64,000 bases of DNA from an uncultured Pseudohongiella sp. (GTDB lineage Bacteria; Pseudomonadota; Gammaproteobacteria; Pseudomonadales; Pseudohongiellaceae): NCBI GenBank assembly GCA_951812715.1, contig OX638323.1, forward strand, positions 1,776,577 to 1,840,576, in the 5' to 3' direction. Under the pieces are notes generated by a model. It did not search any database. It saw only the letters and a program-made list of their open reading frames with translations, and was not told where the DNA came from. Numbering within the stretch: the first letter of the stretch is position 1; every line of letters starts with the position of its first letter. Below, piece by piece: positions 27,045 to 36,357 of this stretch. Made by a program: the position numbers and the translations under genes.

Positions 27045-28008
27045 ATGATCGTGACATTACAGACTGAACGGGTTCGTACGCTGGAGGATGCGCGTGCGTT
27101 TCTGACGGGCAGTCAGGCGCTGGATTTCAATGGTGTGGACCGCGAGGCCAGCTACGATCTGGTGCGCCGCGCACTGGTCCGTCTCCACTATGATCGGCTG
27201 AGCAAACGGGACAACGGCCTGGTCAAGCGCTTCCTGGAGAAAATCACGGACTTTTCGCGGGCGCAGGTGACGCGCCTGATCGCGCAGCACCGGGCAACGG
27301 GCCGGATCGAGGACCGCCGTGGCAAGTCGCCGGCCAAACCGTTCCGGCGGCGCCACACGGACGCGGACATTCGCCTGTTGTAGCGGGTGGACAAAGGCTT
27401 GGACAGCATGTCCGGCCCCGCGACGCGGGCGGTGCCGCGGCGGCAATACCGGATTCATGGAGACAGCCGTTTCGAGCGGCTCTCGGGCTTGTCCAACGGG
27501 CGCCTGTACAAGCTGCGCAAGTCCCGCGCCTACCGACTGGTGCGCAAGCGCTGGGACCGTACCCGACCGAACCCGGAGGCCATTGGCGATCAGCGAAAGC
27601 CGGACCCGCGCGGCCGGCCGGGCTGGTTGCGCGTGGACACCGTGCACCAGGGCGATCTGGACGGCGCCAAGGCACTGTATCTAGTCAATCTGGTGGACAG
27701 CGTGACCCAATGGGAGCATGTAGCCGCCGTGGAGGCGATTTCGGAATGGTTCCTGCTGCCGGCGCTGGAGGAGTCTCTGGCGGGGTTTCCCTTTCGGATC
27801 CAGGGCTTCCATGCCGACAATGGTTCGGAATACATCAGCTGCCGCGTCGCCGGTTTGCTCGACAAACTGCATGTTGGGGAGTTCACCAAGTCGCGGCCGC
27901 AACGCAGCAACGACAACGCGCTGGTCGAGGGCAAACATGCCGCGGTGGTGCGCAAGTGGCTTGACTGTGACCATATTCCCCGCCGTTTCGCCGGTCGCGT
28001 CAATCGAT
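27045..28008 (+). mobile_element. degraded IS-type rve (DDE) transposase/integrase gene: in-frame TAG and 3' truncation
   Basis: N-terminal HTH-like part (27045-27380). In-frame TAG at 27381-27383. Catalytic core follows with RVDTVHQGD, FHADNGSEYIS and NDNALVEGKH. The ORF then reads into the duplicated PQQ-dehydrogenase 3' end (ALGGTSPRTVPDVIATEITYPRWGNAIYVFSLPEGVH). No terminal inverted repeats were found. Confidence 0.75.
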
Positions 28009-28309
28009 TCACCACGGCCCTCGGCGGCACCAGTCCGCGCACCGTGCCCGACGTCATCGCAACCGAGATCACCTATCCGCGCTGGGGCAACGCGATCTAC
28101 GTGTTTTCATTGCCCGAAGGCGTCCATTGACCCGATTGGACCAAGGCAGCATTTCCGCCTTGCTTCGACATTAACCTCACCGAATCGGACAGCCGTGACG
28201 GCCTGCGTGTATAATGCCGCCACATCTACATGAATTCTCCCTCCAACAAGTTCGCTGCAAAGGCGACCGGCAAATCTGCTTCCCGAGAGCCCATGGACGA
28301 AGTTACCAG
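28009..28309 (+). repeat. direct repeat copy 2 (PQQ-dehydrogenase 3' fragment + intergenic + true rnr start)
   Basis: See copy 1. Includes the TGTATAAT extended -10-like box at 28208-28215. Confidence 0.9.
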
Positions 28310-30044
28310 CGCGGCCGGCGACGGTCGCCCGGAACTTGAGGCCGCCATCCTTGCTCACGAGATTCCTTTCGAGTGGCTGGCAGCGGTCACTCGCGAAGCT
28401 GCCCGACTGGGGAAAAAGGTCAAGGCCGGAGAGTTGAAACAGCGTCTCGATCTGCGCGGCATTCCCTTTGTGACCATCGACGGAGAGGACGCCCGGGATT
28501 TCGATGATGCGGTTTTTGCCCGCCGCGAAGACTCCGGGGAATGGTCCTTGTACGTCGCCATCGCCGATGTATCGCATTATGTGGCCGTGGCGGGCGCGAT
28601 CGATGAGGAAGCAAGCCGGCGCGGAACCTCGGTGTATTTCCCGGGCCACGTCATTCCGATGTTGCCGGAAGCGCTTTCTAATGAACTGTGCTCGCTGAAA
28701 CCGCGAGTGGACCGGCTCGCCCTCGTCTGCGAAATGCGAATCGCGGCGGATGGCGAAATGCTCGAATACCGCTTTCATGAAGCGGTAATCCATTCCCATG
28801 CCCGTCTCACTTACACCGAGGTGGCGGGCATGGCGCCGGCGGCGTCGGCCGACCCGGAAGACAGACGCAGGCGCAAGACACGGCAGCGATACGCGGCGCT
28901 TATCGGACAACTGGAAAATTTGTACGAATTGTTCGGGCTTTTGCAGCGGCGCCGGGCCAATTCCGGTTCGATGGAGTTCGAGACCATCGAGACCCGCATC
29001 GTCCTTGACGCCAATCACAAAGTGCGTGAAATCGTTGCTGTTGAGCGCAATGACGCACATCGCCTGATCGAGGAATGCATGCTATGCGCCAATGTGGCGG
29101 CGGCGCGTTTATTGCGAGAGTCCGGCCTACCCGCGCTGTACCGCGTGCATCAGGGTCCCGATGAGGAGAAACTCGCTGACCTGCGGGAATACTTGCGCGG
29201 CCTTGGCCTGACTCTGCAAGGCGGCGATCAGCCCCGGCCGGCGGATTATCAGCGCCTGCTGCGGCAGCTTGCCGGCAGGCCGGACCGGCCGCTGTTACAG
29301 ACCTTGCTGATCCGATCGCTCTCCCAGGCGGTTTATCAGCCGGAAAACATCGGCCATTTCGGATTGAATTTCCCCGAGTACAGCCATTTCACTTCACCCA
29401 TCCGCCGCTATCCGGATCTGCTCGTGCATCGGGCCATACGCTATCTGATCCGCAGCCGGGCTCACCCCGGCGCCCGCGCCGTGGACGATGCGCCACGGAT
29501 ACCGCGGGCCAAAATCTATCCCTACAACCGCTTCGCGATGGAAGCACTTGGCGAATCGAGTTCCCAAGCCGAGCGCCGAGCCGACGCCGCGGGCTATCTG
29601 GCGGTCAACTGGCTCAAATGCGAATACATGCGCGATCATGTCGGCGACGACTTCGAAGGCATCGTCAGCGCCGTGACCGGTTTCGGCCTGTTCGTGCATC
29701 TCAAGGACATCTACATCGATGGACTCGTACACATCAGCAATCTGGGCAATGATTTCTACAATCACGACCCCGTGCAGCATTTCCTCGAAGGTGAGCGCCA
29801 CGGCGTGATTTACCGGCTCGGCGACAGCGTCAAGGTCCAGGTGATCAGCGTGATTCCGGAAGAACAAAAGATCGACCTGCGAATCGCGGATCAGCAGGAG
29901 CATGCGGATCGCATCGACTCCGGGAAAGGGCGTCGTCGCGGCGGCAAGGCCGGCGGAAAGCGGTCAGGACATCCGCGCCGCAATAGTCGGCCGGCGCCGG
30001 GCGGCGCCGCACGCCGGGACAAATTCGGGCGCCGCCGCAAATGA
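28230..30044 (+). CDS. rnr: ribonuclease R (RNB + S1 + basic tail), lacking the usual N-terminal HTH/cold-shock domains
   Basis: HEIPFEW, DLRGIPFVTIDGEDARDFDDAVFA, VYFPGHVIPMLPE, GHFGL..YSHFTSPIRRYPDL, S1 block FEGIVSAVTGFGLFVHL, tail GKGRRRGGKAGGKRSGHPRR. Followed by rlmB with a 4-nt overlap. Confidence 0.9.
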   Translation: MNSPSNKFAAKATGKSASREPMDEVTSAAGDGRPELEAAILAHEIPFEWLAAVTREAARLGKKVKAGELKQRLDLRGIPFVTIDGEDARDFDDAVFARREDSGEWSLYVAIADVSHYVAVAGAIDEEASRRGTSVYFPGHVIPMLPEALSNELCSLKPRVDRLALVCEMRIAADGEMLEYRFHEAVIHSHARLTYTEVAGMAPAASADPEDRRRRKTRQRYAALIGQLENLYELFGLLQRRRANSGSMEFETIETRIVLDANHKVREIVAVERNDAHRLIEECMLCANVAAARLLRESGLPALYRVHQGPDEEKLADLREYLRGLGLTLQGGDQPRPADYQRLLRQLAGRPDRPLLQTLLIRSLSQAVYQPENIGHFGLNFPEYSHFTSPIRRYPDLLVHRAIRYLIRSRAHPGARAVDDAPRIPRAKIYPYNRFAMEALGESSSQAERRADAAGYLAVNWLKCEYMRDHVGDDFEGIVSAVTGFGLFVHLKDIYIDGLVHISNLGNDFYNHDPVQHFLEGERHGVIYRLGDSVKVQVISVIPEEQKIDLRIADQQEHADRIDSGKGRRRGGKAGGKRSGHPRRNSRPAPGGAARRDKFGRRRK

Positions 30045-30790
30045 GCGCGCCGCCCCTGATCTTCGGACTGCATGCGGTTGGCGAAGTGTTAAACCGCAAG
30101 CCATCGGCAGTGCGCGAACTGCTGCTGCAAAAAGGCCGCGCGGACCGGCGCCTCAACACTTTGCGCGAGCGCGCGAGCAAACTGGGCATAGCCTGCCGGG
30201 ACCTCGACAAGCGCGAACTCGACGCCCTTGCACCGGGTGTGCATCAGGGCGTCGTGGCATACCTGGCGGACGAGGCGGACACTCCTGCTCTCGATGAGCG
30301 TGGATTGTTGAATTTGTTGCCTACGCTGGGCAATAACGCGTTTGTTCTGGTGCTCGACTCGATTACCGACCCGCACAATCTCGGCGCCTGTCTGCGCTGC
30401 GCCGACGCCGCCGGAGTCGATGCCGTTGTCGTTCCCGCCAACAATTCCGCGCGGCTCAATGCTACCGTGCGCAAGGTCGCCAGCGGCGCCGCGGAATCCG
30501 TTGCCGTAGTCTCCGTAACCAATCTCGCGCGTTTTCTCGACCGGCTCAAGCAGGCGGGAATCTGGATTGTCGGCGCCGACGAAAACGCGCCGGTTTCCAT
30601 TTTTCAGCAGGACCTGACCGGACCTGTCGCTCTGGTGCTCGGCGCCGAAGGCAAGGGCATCCGCCGTTTGGTCCGGGAACAATGCGATTACCTGGTAGCG
30701 ATCCCCATGACCGGTTCGTTAAGCAGCCTGAACGTCTCCGTGGCCGCCGGCATCTGTCTGTTCGAAGTGGTCCGCCAGCGCGGCGCATGA
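30041..30790 (+). CDS. rlmB: 23S rRNA (guanosine-2'-O)-methyltransferase
   Basis: SpoU/TrmH motifs ITDPHNLGACLRCADAAG, LVLGAEGKGIR, IPMTGSLSSLNVSVAAGI. Conserved rnr-rlmB linkage. Confidence 0.9.
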   Translation: MSAPPLIFGLHAVGEVLNRKPSAVRELLLQKGRADRRLNTLRERASKLGIACRDLDKRELDALAPGVHQGVVAYLADEADTPALDERGLLNLLPTLGNNAFVLVLDSITDPHNLGACLRCADAAGVDAVVVPANNSARLNATVRKVASGAAESVAVVSVTNLARFLDRLKQAGIWIVGADENAPVSIFQQDLTGPVALVLGAEGKGIRRLVREQCDYLVAIPMTGSLSSLNVSVAAGICLFEVVRQRGA

Positions 30791-30801
30791 CGCCGCCGGG
30801 C

Positions 30802-30830
30802 TTGCATCCTTGCGGCGCTTTCACTAGAAT
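30802..30830 (+). promoter_or_regulatory. candidate sigma70 promoter of the rpsF operon, followed by a leader hairpin
   Basis: TTGCAT (30802-30807), 17-nt spacer, TAGAAT (30825-30830). Leader hairpin gcgcgaagc-atg-gcttcgcgc at 30842-30862. SD gaaggag before ATG 30933. Confidence 0.5.
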
Positions 30831-30932
30831 CCCCGGACTTTGCGCGAAGCATGGCTTCGCGCCGCAAATCAACTCCTTGCCTTACCACGGCGGCGCCCGC
30901 CGGTTGGAAGGCGTAAACCGGAAGGAGTCTCA

Positions 30933-31619
30933 ATGAGACACTACGAAGTCGTATTTCTGGTGCATCCCGATCAGTCCGCGCAAGTGCCCGGCATGGTCGA
31001 GCGCTACAGCCAGCTTATCGCCGACAGTGGCGGCCAGGTCCACCGCACCGAAGATTGGGGCCGGCGCCAACTTGCCTACCCGATCAACAAGATTCACAAG
31101 GCGCACTATATTCTAATGAACGTCGAATGCGACCAGGAAGCATTGCACGAACTGGGTTCCCTGTTCCGCTACAACGATGCGGTGATTCGCGATTTGTTCA
31201 TTAAGAAGCAGGAAGCAATCACCGGGGAATCCCTGATTCTCAAGGGCGAGCGCGAGTCTCGGGAGCGCAAGGCGCGAGCCGAGCAGCGGCGCAAGTTGAG
31301 GGATCAGGAAACCGCGGCCCAGAAGAAAGCGGAAGATAAAGTCGAAGAAATATCGGCGGGGGATACCATCGAAACCCAGGCGCCAGGTGAGGAAGCCGAG
31401 GCTGCCGTGGAAGCCGCGCCGGAACAGCCGGTAGCCGCCGAAGAAGTTGCCGAAGAGGCGCCGGAATCCGTGGAGCCGGCGGCTGAAGCGGCGCCAGAAG
31501 AAGAGGCGGCGCCATCCGAAGAAGCCGCGGAAGCGGAGGAGAAGCCCGCGAAGAAGCCGGCTCGGAAAACCACTAAGAAGGCTGCGGAAAAATCCGTCGC
31601 TGAAGATTCGAAAGAGTGA
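30933..31619 (+). CDS. rpsF: 30S ribosomal protein S6 with a ~95-residue acidic Ala/Glu/Pro-rich C-terminal extension
   Basis: [25 protein letters not shown]...[17 protein letters not shown] is canonical S6. The tail begins around [16 protein letters not shown] and runs to ...[30 protein letters not shown]. Confidence 0.9.
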   Translation: MRHYEVVFLVHPDQSAQVPGMVERYSQLIADSGGQVHRTEDWGRRQLAYPINKIHKAHYILMNVECDQEALHELGSLFRYNDAVIRDLFIKKQEAITGESLILKGERESRERKARAEQRRKLRDQETAAQKKAEDKVEEISAGDTIETQAPGEEAEAAVEAAPEQPVAAEEVAEEAPESVEPAAEAAPEEEAAPSEEAAEAEEKPAKKPARKTTKKAAEKSVAEDSKE

Positions 31620-31701
31620 TTGAACGGCGCCGCGGTCCGCAACGATTGTGCGGTCGGCAGCAGAGTATCAGACAGCAGACCATACGGCAGGAACCAACAG
31701 A

Positions 31702-31932
31702 ATGAGTCGATATTTCCGGCGGCGCAAATTTTGCAAATTTACCGCTGAAGGCACCAAGGAGATCGATTACAAGGATCTGGAGACCTTGAAAGCGTATATC
31801 TCCGAGACCGGGAAGATCATTCCCAGCCGCATCACCGGCACCAAGGCGCGTTACCAGCGCCAGTTGGCGACGGCGGTCAAGCGCGCGCGGTATCTGGCGC
31901 TAATTCCATATTCGGACAGCCACCAGGTATAG
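31702..31932 (+). CDS. rpsR: 30S ribosomal protein S18
   Basis: [47 protein letters not shown]. 76 aa. Confidence 0.95.
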   Translation: MSRYFRRRKFCKFTAEGTKEIDYKDLETLKAYISETGKIIPSRITGTKARYQRQLATAVKRARYLALIPYSDSHQV

Positions 31933-31938
31933 AAAATC

Positions 31939-32769
31939 ATGCTGCGCGGCCTTGCCGAATTCGTAATGGCAGGACGCAGGCAGTCCGTGCTGGCGATTGT
32001 CCTGCTAAGCCTGGCGCCACTGTTGAATCTACTGACGCCGGCGCTGCTGGCGATGGTCACTATGCGCAAGGGTCTGGCGGCGGGGTCGCTGCTGTTGCTC
32101 TGGGCGCTTTTGCCGGCAGGCTTCTGGCTGTTGCTGGGAGGTGCGCTACCGCTGCTGATACTGCTGGGAGTCTTCGCGCTCGCCGGCGTATTGCGTACTT
32201 CGGAATCCTGGCAAAGCGTGATGCTCGCGGGGATCGGTATTGGCGCCATGCATGAGATCTATCTGCGCGCACAGCCGGCAGTACTGAATCTGTATTTCGA
32301 GCAGTTGGAATTATACGTCCAGGCCAACAACCTGGAAGGCATAGTGCTGGATGACCTGCGGCAGGTATTGATCACGATGATCGCCGCGATCTTTATGGCG
32401 CTGTCGATAGCGGTGCTGATGCTGGGACGGTCGATGCAGGCGATGTTGTACAACCCCGGCGGGTTTCGGCAAGAATTCCATGCTTTGCGGATCAGTCAAA
32501 GCGTAACGCTGGGCCTGGTCGGACTGATCTTGCTGACCAACCTGATCGAAGGCCTGCCGGAGTCCTGGATTTTCTATCTGGCGGCGCCGTTTGCGTTTGC
32601 CGGACTGGCCCTGGTTCACGCGCTGGTGGCCTGGAAGAACGCATCGGTCGTGTGGCTGGTGGCGATGTACGTGTTGTTGATTTTTCCCACCATGGTGTAT
32701 TTGCTGATCCTGGTGGCGATCATTGACAGTTGGTATGACTTTCGCTCGCGCTTGCCGAAGAGCAGTTGA
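31939..32769 (+). CDS. polytopic inner-membrane protein of unknown function (conserved position between rpsR and rplI)
   Basis: Six or more hydrophobic helices. Same slot as the hypothetical membrane gene in pseudomonad-type rpsF-rpsR-x-rplI-dnaB clusters. Confidence 0.65.
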   Translation: MLRGLAEFVMAGRRQSVLAIVLLSLAPLLNLLTPALLAMVTMRKGLAAGSLLLLWALLPAGFWLLLGGALPLLILLGVFALAGVLRTSESWQSVMLAGIGIGAMHEIYLRAQPAVLNLYFEQLELYVQANNLEGIVLDDLRQVLITMIAAIFMALSIAVLMLGRSMQAMLYNPGGFRQEFHALRISQSVTLGLVGLILLTNLIEGLPESWIFYLAAPFAFAGLALVHALVAWKNASVVWLVAMYVLLIFPTMVYLLILVAIIDSWYDFRSRLPKSS

Positions 32770-32798
32770 ATGGAGCGAGTCGAATTGAGGAATTTGCG

Positions 32799-33428
32799 AT
32801 GAACGTTATTCTGCTGGAAAAAATTGCCAAGCTCGGCGATATCGGCGAAGCCGTCAAGGTCAAATCCGGTTACGCGCGGAACTTCCTGTTCCCCAAAGGC
32901 AAGGCTGTGCCCGCGACCAAACTGAATCTGGACGAGTTCGAGCAGCGCCGCACGGAACTGCTCGCCGCCCATAACGAAAAGATCGCCCACGCCCAAAGCC
33001 GGGCCAGGAAACTGGTTGATCTGGCCATCGCCATCGAAGTCAACGCCAGCGACGAAGGCCGCCTGTTCGGTTCGGTCACGGCTCGCGAAGTCGCCGAAGC
33101 GGTCAACGAAAAGGCCGGCAGCGACCTGGTCAAGGCCGAGGTGATTTTGCCCGGCGGCTCCATCCGCCAATGCGGCGACTATGAAGTTACGGCCGATCTC
33201 GGTTTCGAAGTTACCGCTACCTTCGCCCTGTCGGTCTTCAGCCCCAACGCTCCCGCCAATGTTGAAGATGCAGCGGAAGATGCCGAGGCAAGCGCGGCGG
33301 ACATAGCGGAAGCAGCCATAATGGACGATGCTGAAACAGCGGCCGCGGCGGGCGAAGTGGAAGCAGCGGCAACGGACGATGCCGAAGCAGACGCCGCGGA
33401 TGAAGTGAAAGCAGATGCGGCTGGGTAA
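32799..33428 (+). CDS. rplI: 50S ribosomal protein L9 with a ~60-residue acidic Ala/Asp/Glu-rich C-terminal extension
   Basis: MNVILLEKIAKLGDIGEAVKVKSGYARNFLFPKGKAVPAT is canonical L9. Tail ANVEDAAEDAEASAADIAEAAIMDDAETAAAAGEVEAAATDDAEADAADEVKADAAG. Confidence 0.9.
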   Translation: MNVILLEKIAKLGDIGEAVKVKSGYARNFLFPKGKAVPATKLNLDEFEQRRTELLAAHNEKIAHAQSRARKLVDLAIAIEVNASDEGRLFGSVTAREVAEAVNEKAGSDLVKAEVILPGGSIRQCGDYEVTADLGFEVTATFALSVFSPNAPANVEDAAEDAEASAADIAEAAIMDDAETAAAAGEVEAAATDDAEADAADEVKADAAG

Positions 33429-33753
33429 TTCAGGCATAGGTAACTGCATCCCCGGCGTCTCCAATGCATCGAGTTCGCTTTTCTTGCTCAATTTTTAGAT
33501 CAGGCCCGTCGGAAACGGCAAATTTTCGGCGATAATCGTGCCAGCGTGGGTAGGTAACGAGTGCGCGAGGCCCAATGTTCCCGACAGTATTTACCGCGAA
33601 AAGTCAGACATCGCCGAATTGCCTGAACGGTTGGTTATCCCCTCTGTCTTTGTAGTACACTGCTTTTGCGGCAGAAATTTTCGTGTCGCTGTATCTAATT
33701 GATAAATAAAAGATTTATTCAAAGGTACGCGGGCACCGCAAGCGCCGCCCGCA

Positions 33754-35193
33754 ATGCCGCCGGAAATCCAGATCATGGCAACCGCAGCGCAGCAATTCCC
33801 GGATTCGGCGGAAATCTCCGGACAACGGCAACTCAGTGTTCCTCCCCATTCCCGGGATGCCGAGCAGGCGGTAATCGGCGGTCTGATGCTCAGCGGCGAA
33901 GCCTGGTACGACACCTCCGAAGTGATACAGCCCGGAGATTTCTACCTTCCCGAACATCGGCAAATCTACCAAGCCATCGAGGATCTGGCCAAGGAGGGCA
34001 AGCCCATCGATTTGATCGCGCTGGCGGATCTGCTGATTGCCCGAGGAAAACTGGAAGCCGCTGGCGGCGCAGACTATCTCGGCGATCTCGCGGAAAATGC
34101 CCGCGGAACCGCGAATTTGCGTCATTACGCGGAAATCGTTCGGGACCGGGCAATACTGCGCAAGCTGATCAGCGCCGGCAACAAGATCATCGACAATTGC
34201 TACAACACCGAAGGCGCTCCAGTTGAAGACATTCTCGACCAGGCTGAAAAGCGGATATTCGGCATCGCCGACGATCGCCCGAAGGACAAAGGGCCGGAAG
34301 CGCTCAATCCCCTGCTGACCGAGGCAGCCGATCGTATCGATGAGTTGGCGGCATCCGGAACCGAACATACCGGCCTGCCCAGTGGTTTCATCGATTTGGA
34401 CCGGTTGACCTCGGGCTGGCAGCAATCCGATCTCATCGTGGTAGCGGGCCGGCCATCCATGGGCAAGACGGCGTTCGCGATGAACGCGGTGGAACATGCG
34501 ATTTTGCATCAAGACTTGCCGGTGCTTGTGTTCAGCCTTGAAATGCCCGCGCAAAGTCTGGTGTTTCGCATGATTTCTTCAGTTGGCCGCATCGATCATT
34601 CCAGGATTCGCGTCGGCAAGTTGACAAAAGAGCAATGGCCGAAACTGAAAACAACAATGGCCCAATTGAAGGACAAGCCCTTGTACATAGACGACAGCTT
34701 CGGACTTTCCCCCACCGATATGCGCGCCCGGGCGCGCCGCCTTTGTCAAGCGCATGACACCGGCCTCGGTCTCATCGTAGTCGACTATCTGCAGCTCATG
34801 CACCTGAAAGGCACGTCGGAAAACCGGGTCGGCGAGATTTCGGAGATTTCCAGGTCCATGAAATTGATGGCGCGGGAATTCGAATGTCCGGTGATGGCGT
34901 TGTCGCAATTAAACCGCGGTCTGGAGCAAAGGCCGAACAAGCGGCCGATCATGTCGGATTTGCGCGAGTCCGGCGCCATAGAACAGGATGCCGACCTGAT
35001 ACTTTTCCTGTATCGCGAAGAAGTCTACAAGAAGGAAGACACTAAGGAAGAGGACAAGGGTATCGCCGAGGTCATTATCGGCAAACATCGAAACGGCGAG
35101 ATAGGCACGGTGAAACTGAGCTTTCTACACAATCTCACCAAGTTTGAAAATCTCGCCAAGCAGGAAGATGTTTATCGATACTCCGGTCCTTGA
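33754..35193 (+). CDS. dnaB: replicative DNA helicase
   Basis: PPHSRDAEQAVIGGLML N-terminus, Walker A AGRPSMGKTAFAMN, IVVDYLQLM, SQLNRGLEQR, DADLILFLYRE. Confidence 0.95.
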   Translation: MPPEIQIMATAAQQFPDSAEISGQRQLSVPPHSRDAEQAVIGGLMLSGEAWYDTSEVIQPGDFYLPEHRQIYQAIEDLAKEGKPIDLIALADLLIARGKLEAAGGADYLGDLAENARGTANLRHYAEIVRDRAILRKLISAGNKIIDNCYNTEGAPVEDILDQAEKRIFGIADDRPKDKGPEALNPLLTEAADRIDELAASGTEHTGLPSGFIDLDRLTSGWQQSDLIVVAGRPSMGKTAFAMNAVEHAILHQDLPVLVFSLEMPAQSLVFRMISSVGRIDHSRIRVGKLTKEQWPKLKTTMAQLKDKPLYIDDSFGLSPTDMRARARRLCQAHDTGLGLIVVDYLQLMHLKGTSENRVGEISEISRSMKLMAREFECPVMALSQLNRGLEQRPNKRPIMSDLRESGAIEQDADLILFLYREEVYKKEDTKEEDKGIAEVIIGKHRNGEIGTVKLSFLHNLTKFENLAKQEDVYRYSGP

Positions 35194-35209
35194 ACGTATC
35201 TCCCCAATC

Positions 35210-36346
35210 ATGGAATCTTCCCAAAGAGCCTGGGCCACCATCGACCTCACGGCCTTGCGCCACAATCTCAATCGCGTGCGCGAACTTTGTCCCGAGGCCG
35301 GCATCATCGCCGTGGTCAAGGCCGACGCCTATGGTCATGGCATGGCCGAATGCGCGGCTGCCTTGCGCGATGCCGAGGCCGGCATCCGCGGTTTCGCGGT
35401 AGCAACCCTGGAAGAGGCCCGGCGTTTGCGGCAACTCCAGCCGGACTTGCCCATCCAGTGCCTGAATGGCTTCCGCGACCGCGGCGGGTTACAGGACTGC
35501 GCCCGCCTCGACTTTGAGCCGGTGTTGCACGAAGAGCGCCAGTTGCGCTTGCTGCGTGAATTCCAGATGGAGTCAAACCGGCGCCTGACGATCTGGCTGA
35601 AACACAATTCCGGCATGAACCGGCTTGGGATGCCCGCTGAAACCTGTCTGGCCGCCGGCAGGCAGTTCGGCAAGCGCAAAGACCTGGAAGTCCGCCTGAT
35701 GTCGCATCTGGCCTGGGCCGACGACCTGGAAGATCCGGGCTCGGCGGCTTTCACCCAGGAGCAATTGCTGGCTTTCGAGAATTTGTATCGGGAGCTTGCC
35801 TCCGAACTCGGCGCGCCGCCGCCGAGCAGCATGTCGGCTTCCTCCGGTGTTCTGTGCCTGCCCGACGCCCACTACGATTTCGTGCGTCCCGGCATCATGC
35901 TTTATGGCAGCTCGCCGCTGGCCGGGCGCAGCGCCGCGGATCTCGATCTGCTGCCGGTAATGACTTTGCGAGCCCGGCTGCTTGCGGTGCGCGAAGTCAA
36001 AGCGGGGGAGGCAGTCGGCTATGGCGCCGCCTGGCGCTTTCCCCGGGATACGCGCATGGGCGTGATTTCCATCGGCTATGCGGATGGATATCCACGGTCC
36101 GCGGTCAACGGTACGCCGGTGCTGGTGGCGAGCGGCGGCGGTTTTGCGCGCTGCAAGCTGGTCGGCCGCGTATCCATGGACATGATTACCGTGGACCTTG
36201 GCGAACTTGATGGCGTGGAACCCGGCAGCGAGGTCATCCTTTGGGGCGCGGGACTGGATGCCGACGAAGTGGCTTCCCGCGCCGGTACTATCGCTTATGA
36301 ATTGTTCACCCGGGTCACCGCGCGGGCGCCGAAACAATACAACTGA
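35210..36346 (+). CDS. alr: alanine racemase
   Basis: PLP-lysine block AVVKADAYGHG, VSMDMITVD, YELFTRV. Start chosen at MESSQRAWATIDL. Confidence 0.9.
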   Translation: MESSQRAWATIDLTALRHNLNRVRELCPEAGIIAVVKADAYGHGMAECAAALRDAEAGIRGFAVATLEEARRLRQLQPDLPIQCLNGFRDRGGLQDCARLDFEPVLHEERQLRLLREFQMESNRRLTIWLKHNSGMNRLGMPAETCLAAGRQFGKRKDLEVRLMSHLAWADDLEDPGSAAFTQEQLLAFENLYRELASELGAPPPSSMSASSGVLCLPDAHYDFVRPGIMLYGSSPLAGRSAADLDLLPVMTLRARLLAVREVKAGEAVGYGAAWRFPRDTRMGVISIGYADGYPRSAVNGTPVLVASGGGFARCKLVGRVSMDMITVDLGELDGVEPGSEVILWGAGLDADEVASRAGTIAYELFTRVTARAPKQYN

Positions 36347-36357
36347 CGGATTCACCC

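Noticed and set aside
30837-30932. rpsF 5' leader hairpin as the S6:S18 autoregulatory RNA element.
   Set aside because: A stable hairpin (30842-30862) is present. However, I cannot verify the conserved sequence features of the known rpsF leader by eye, so it is left as part of the promoter/leader feature only.
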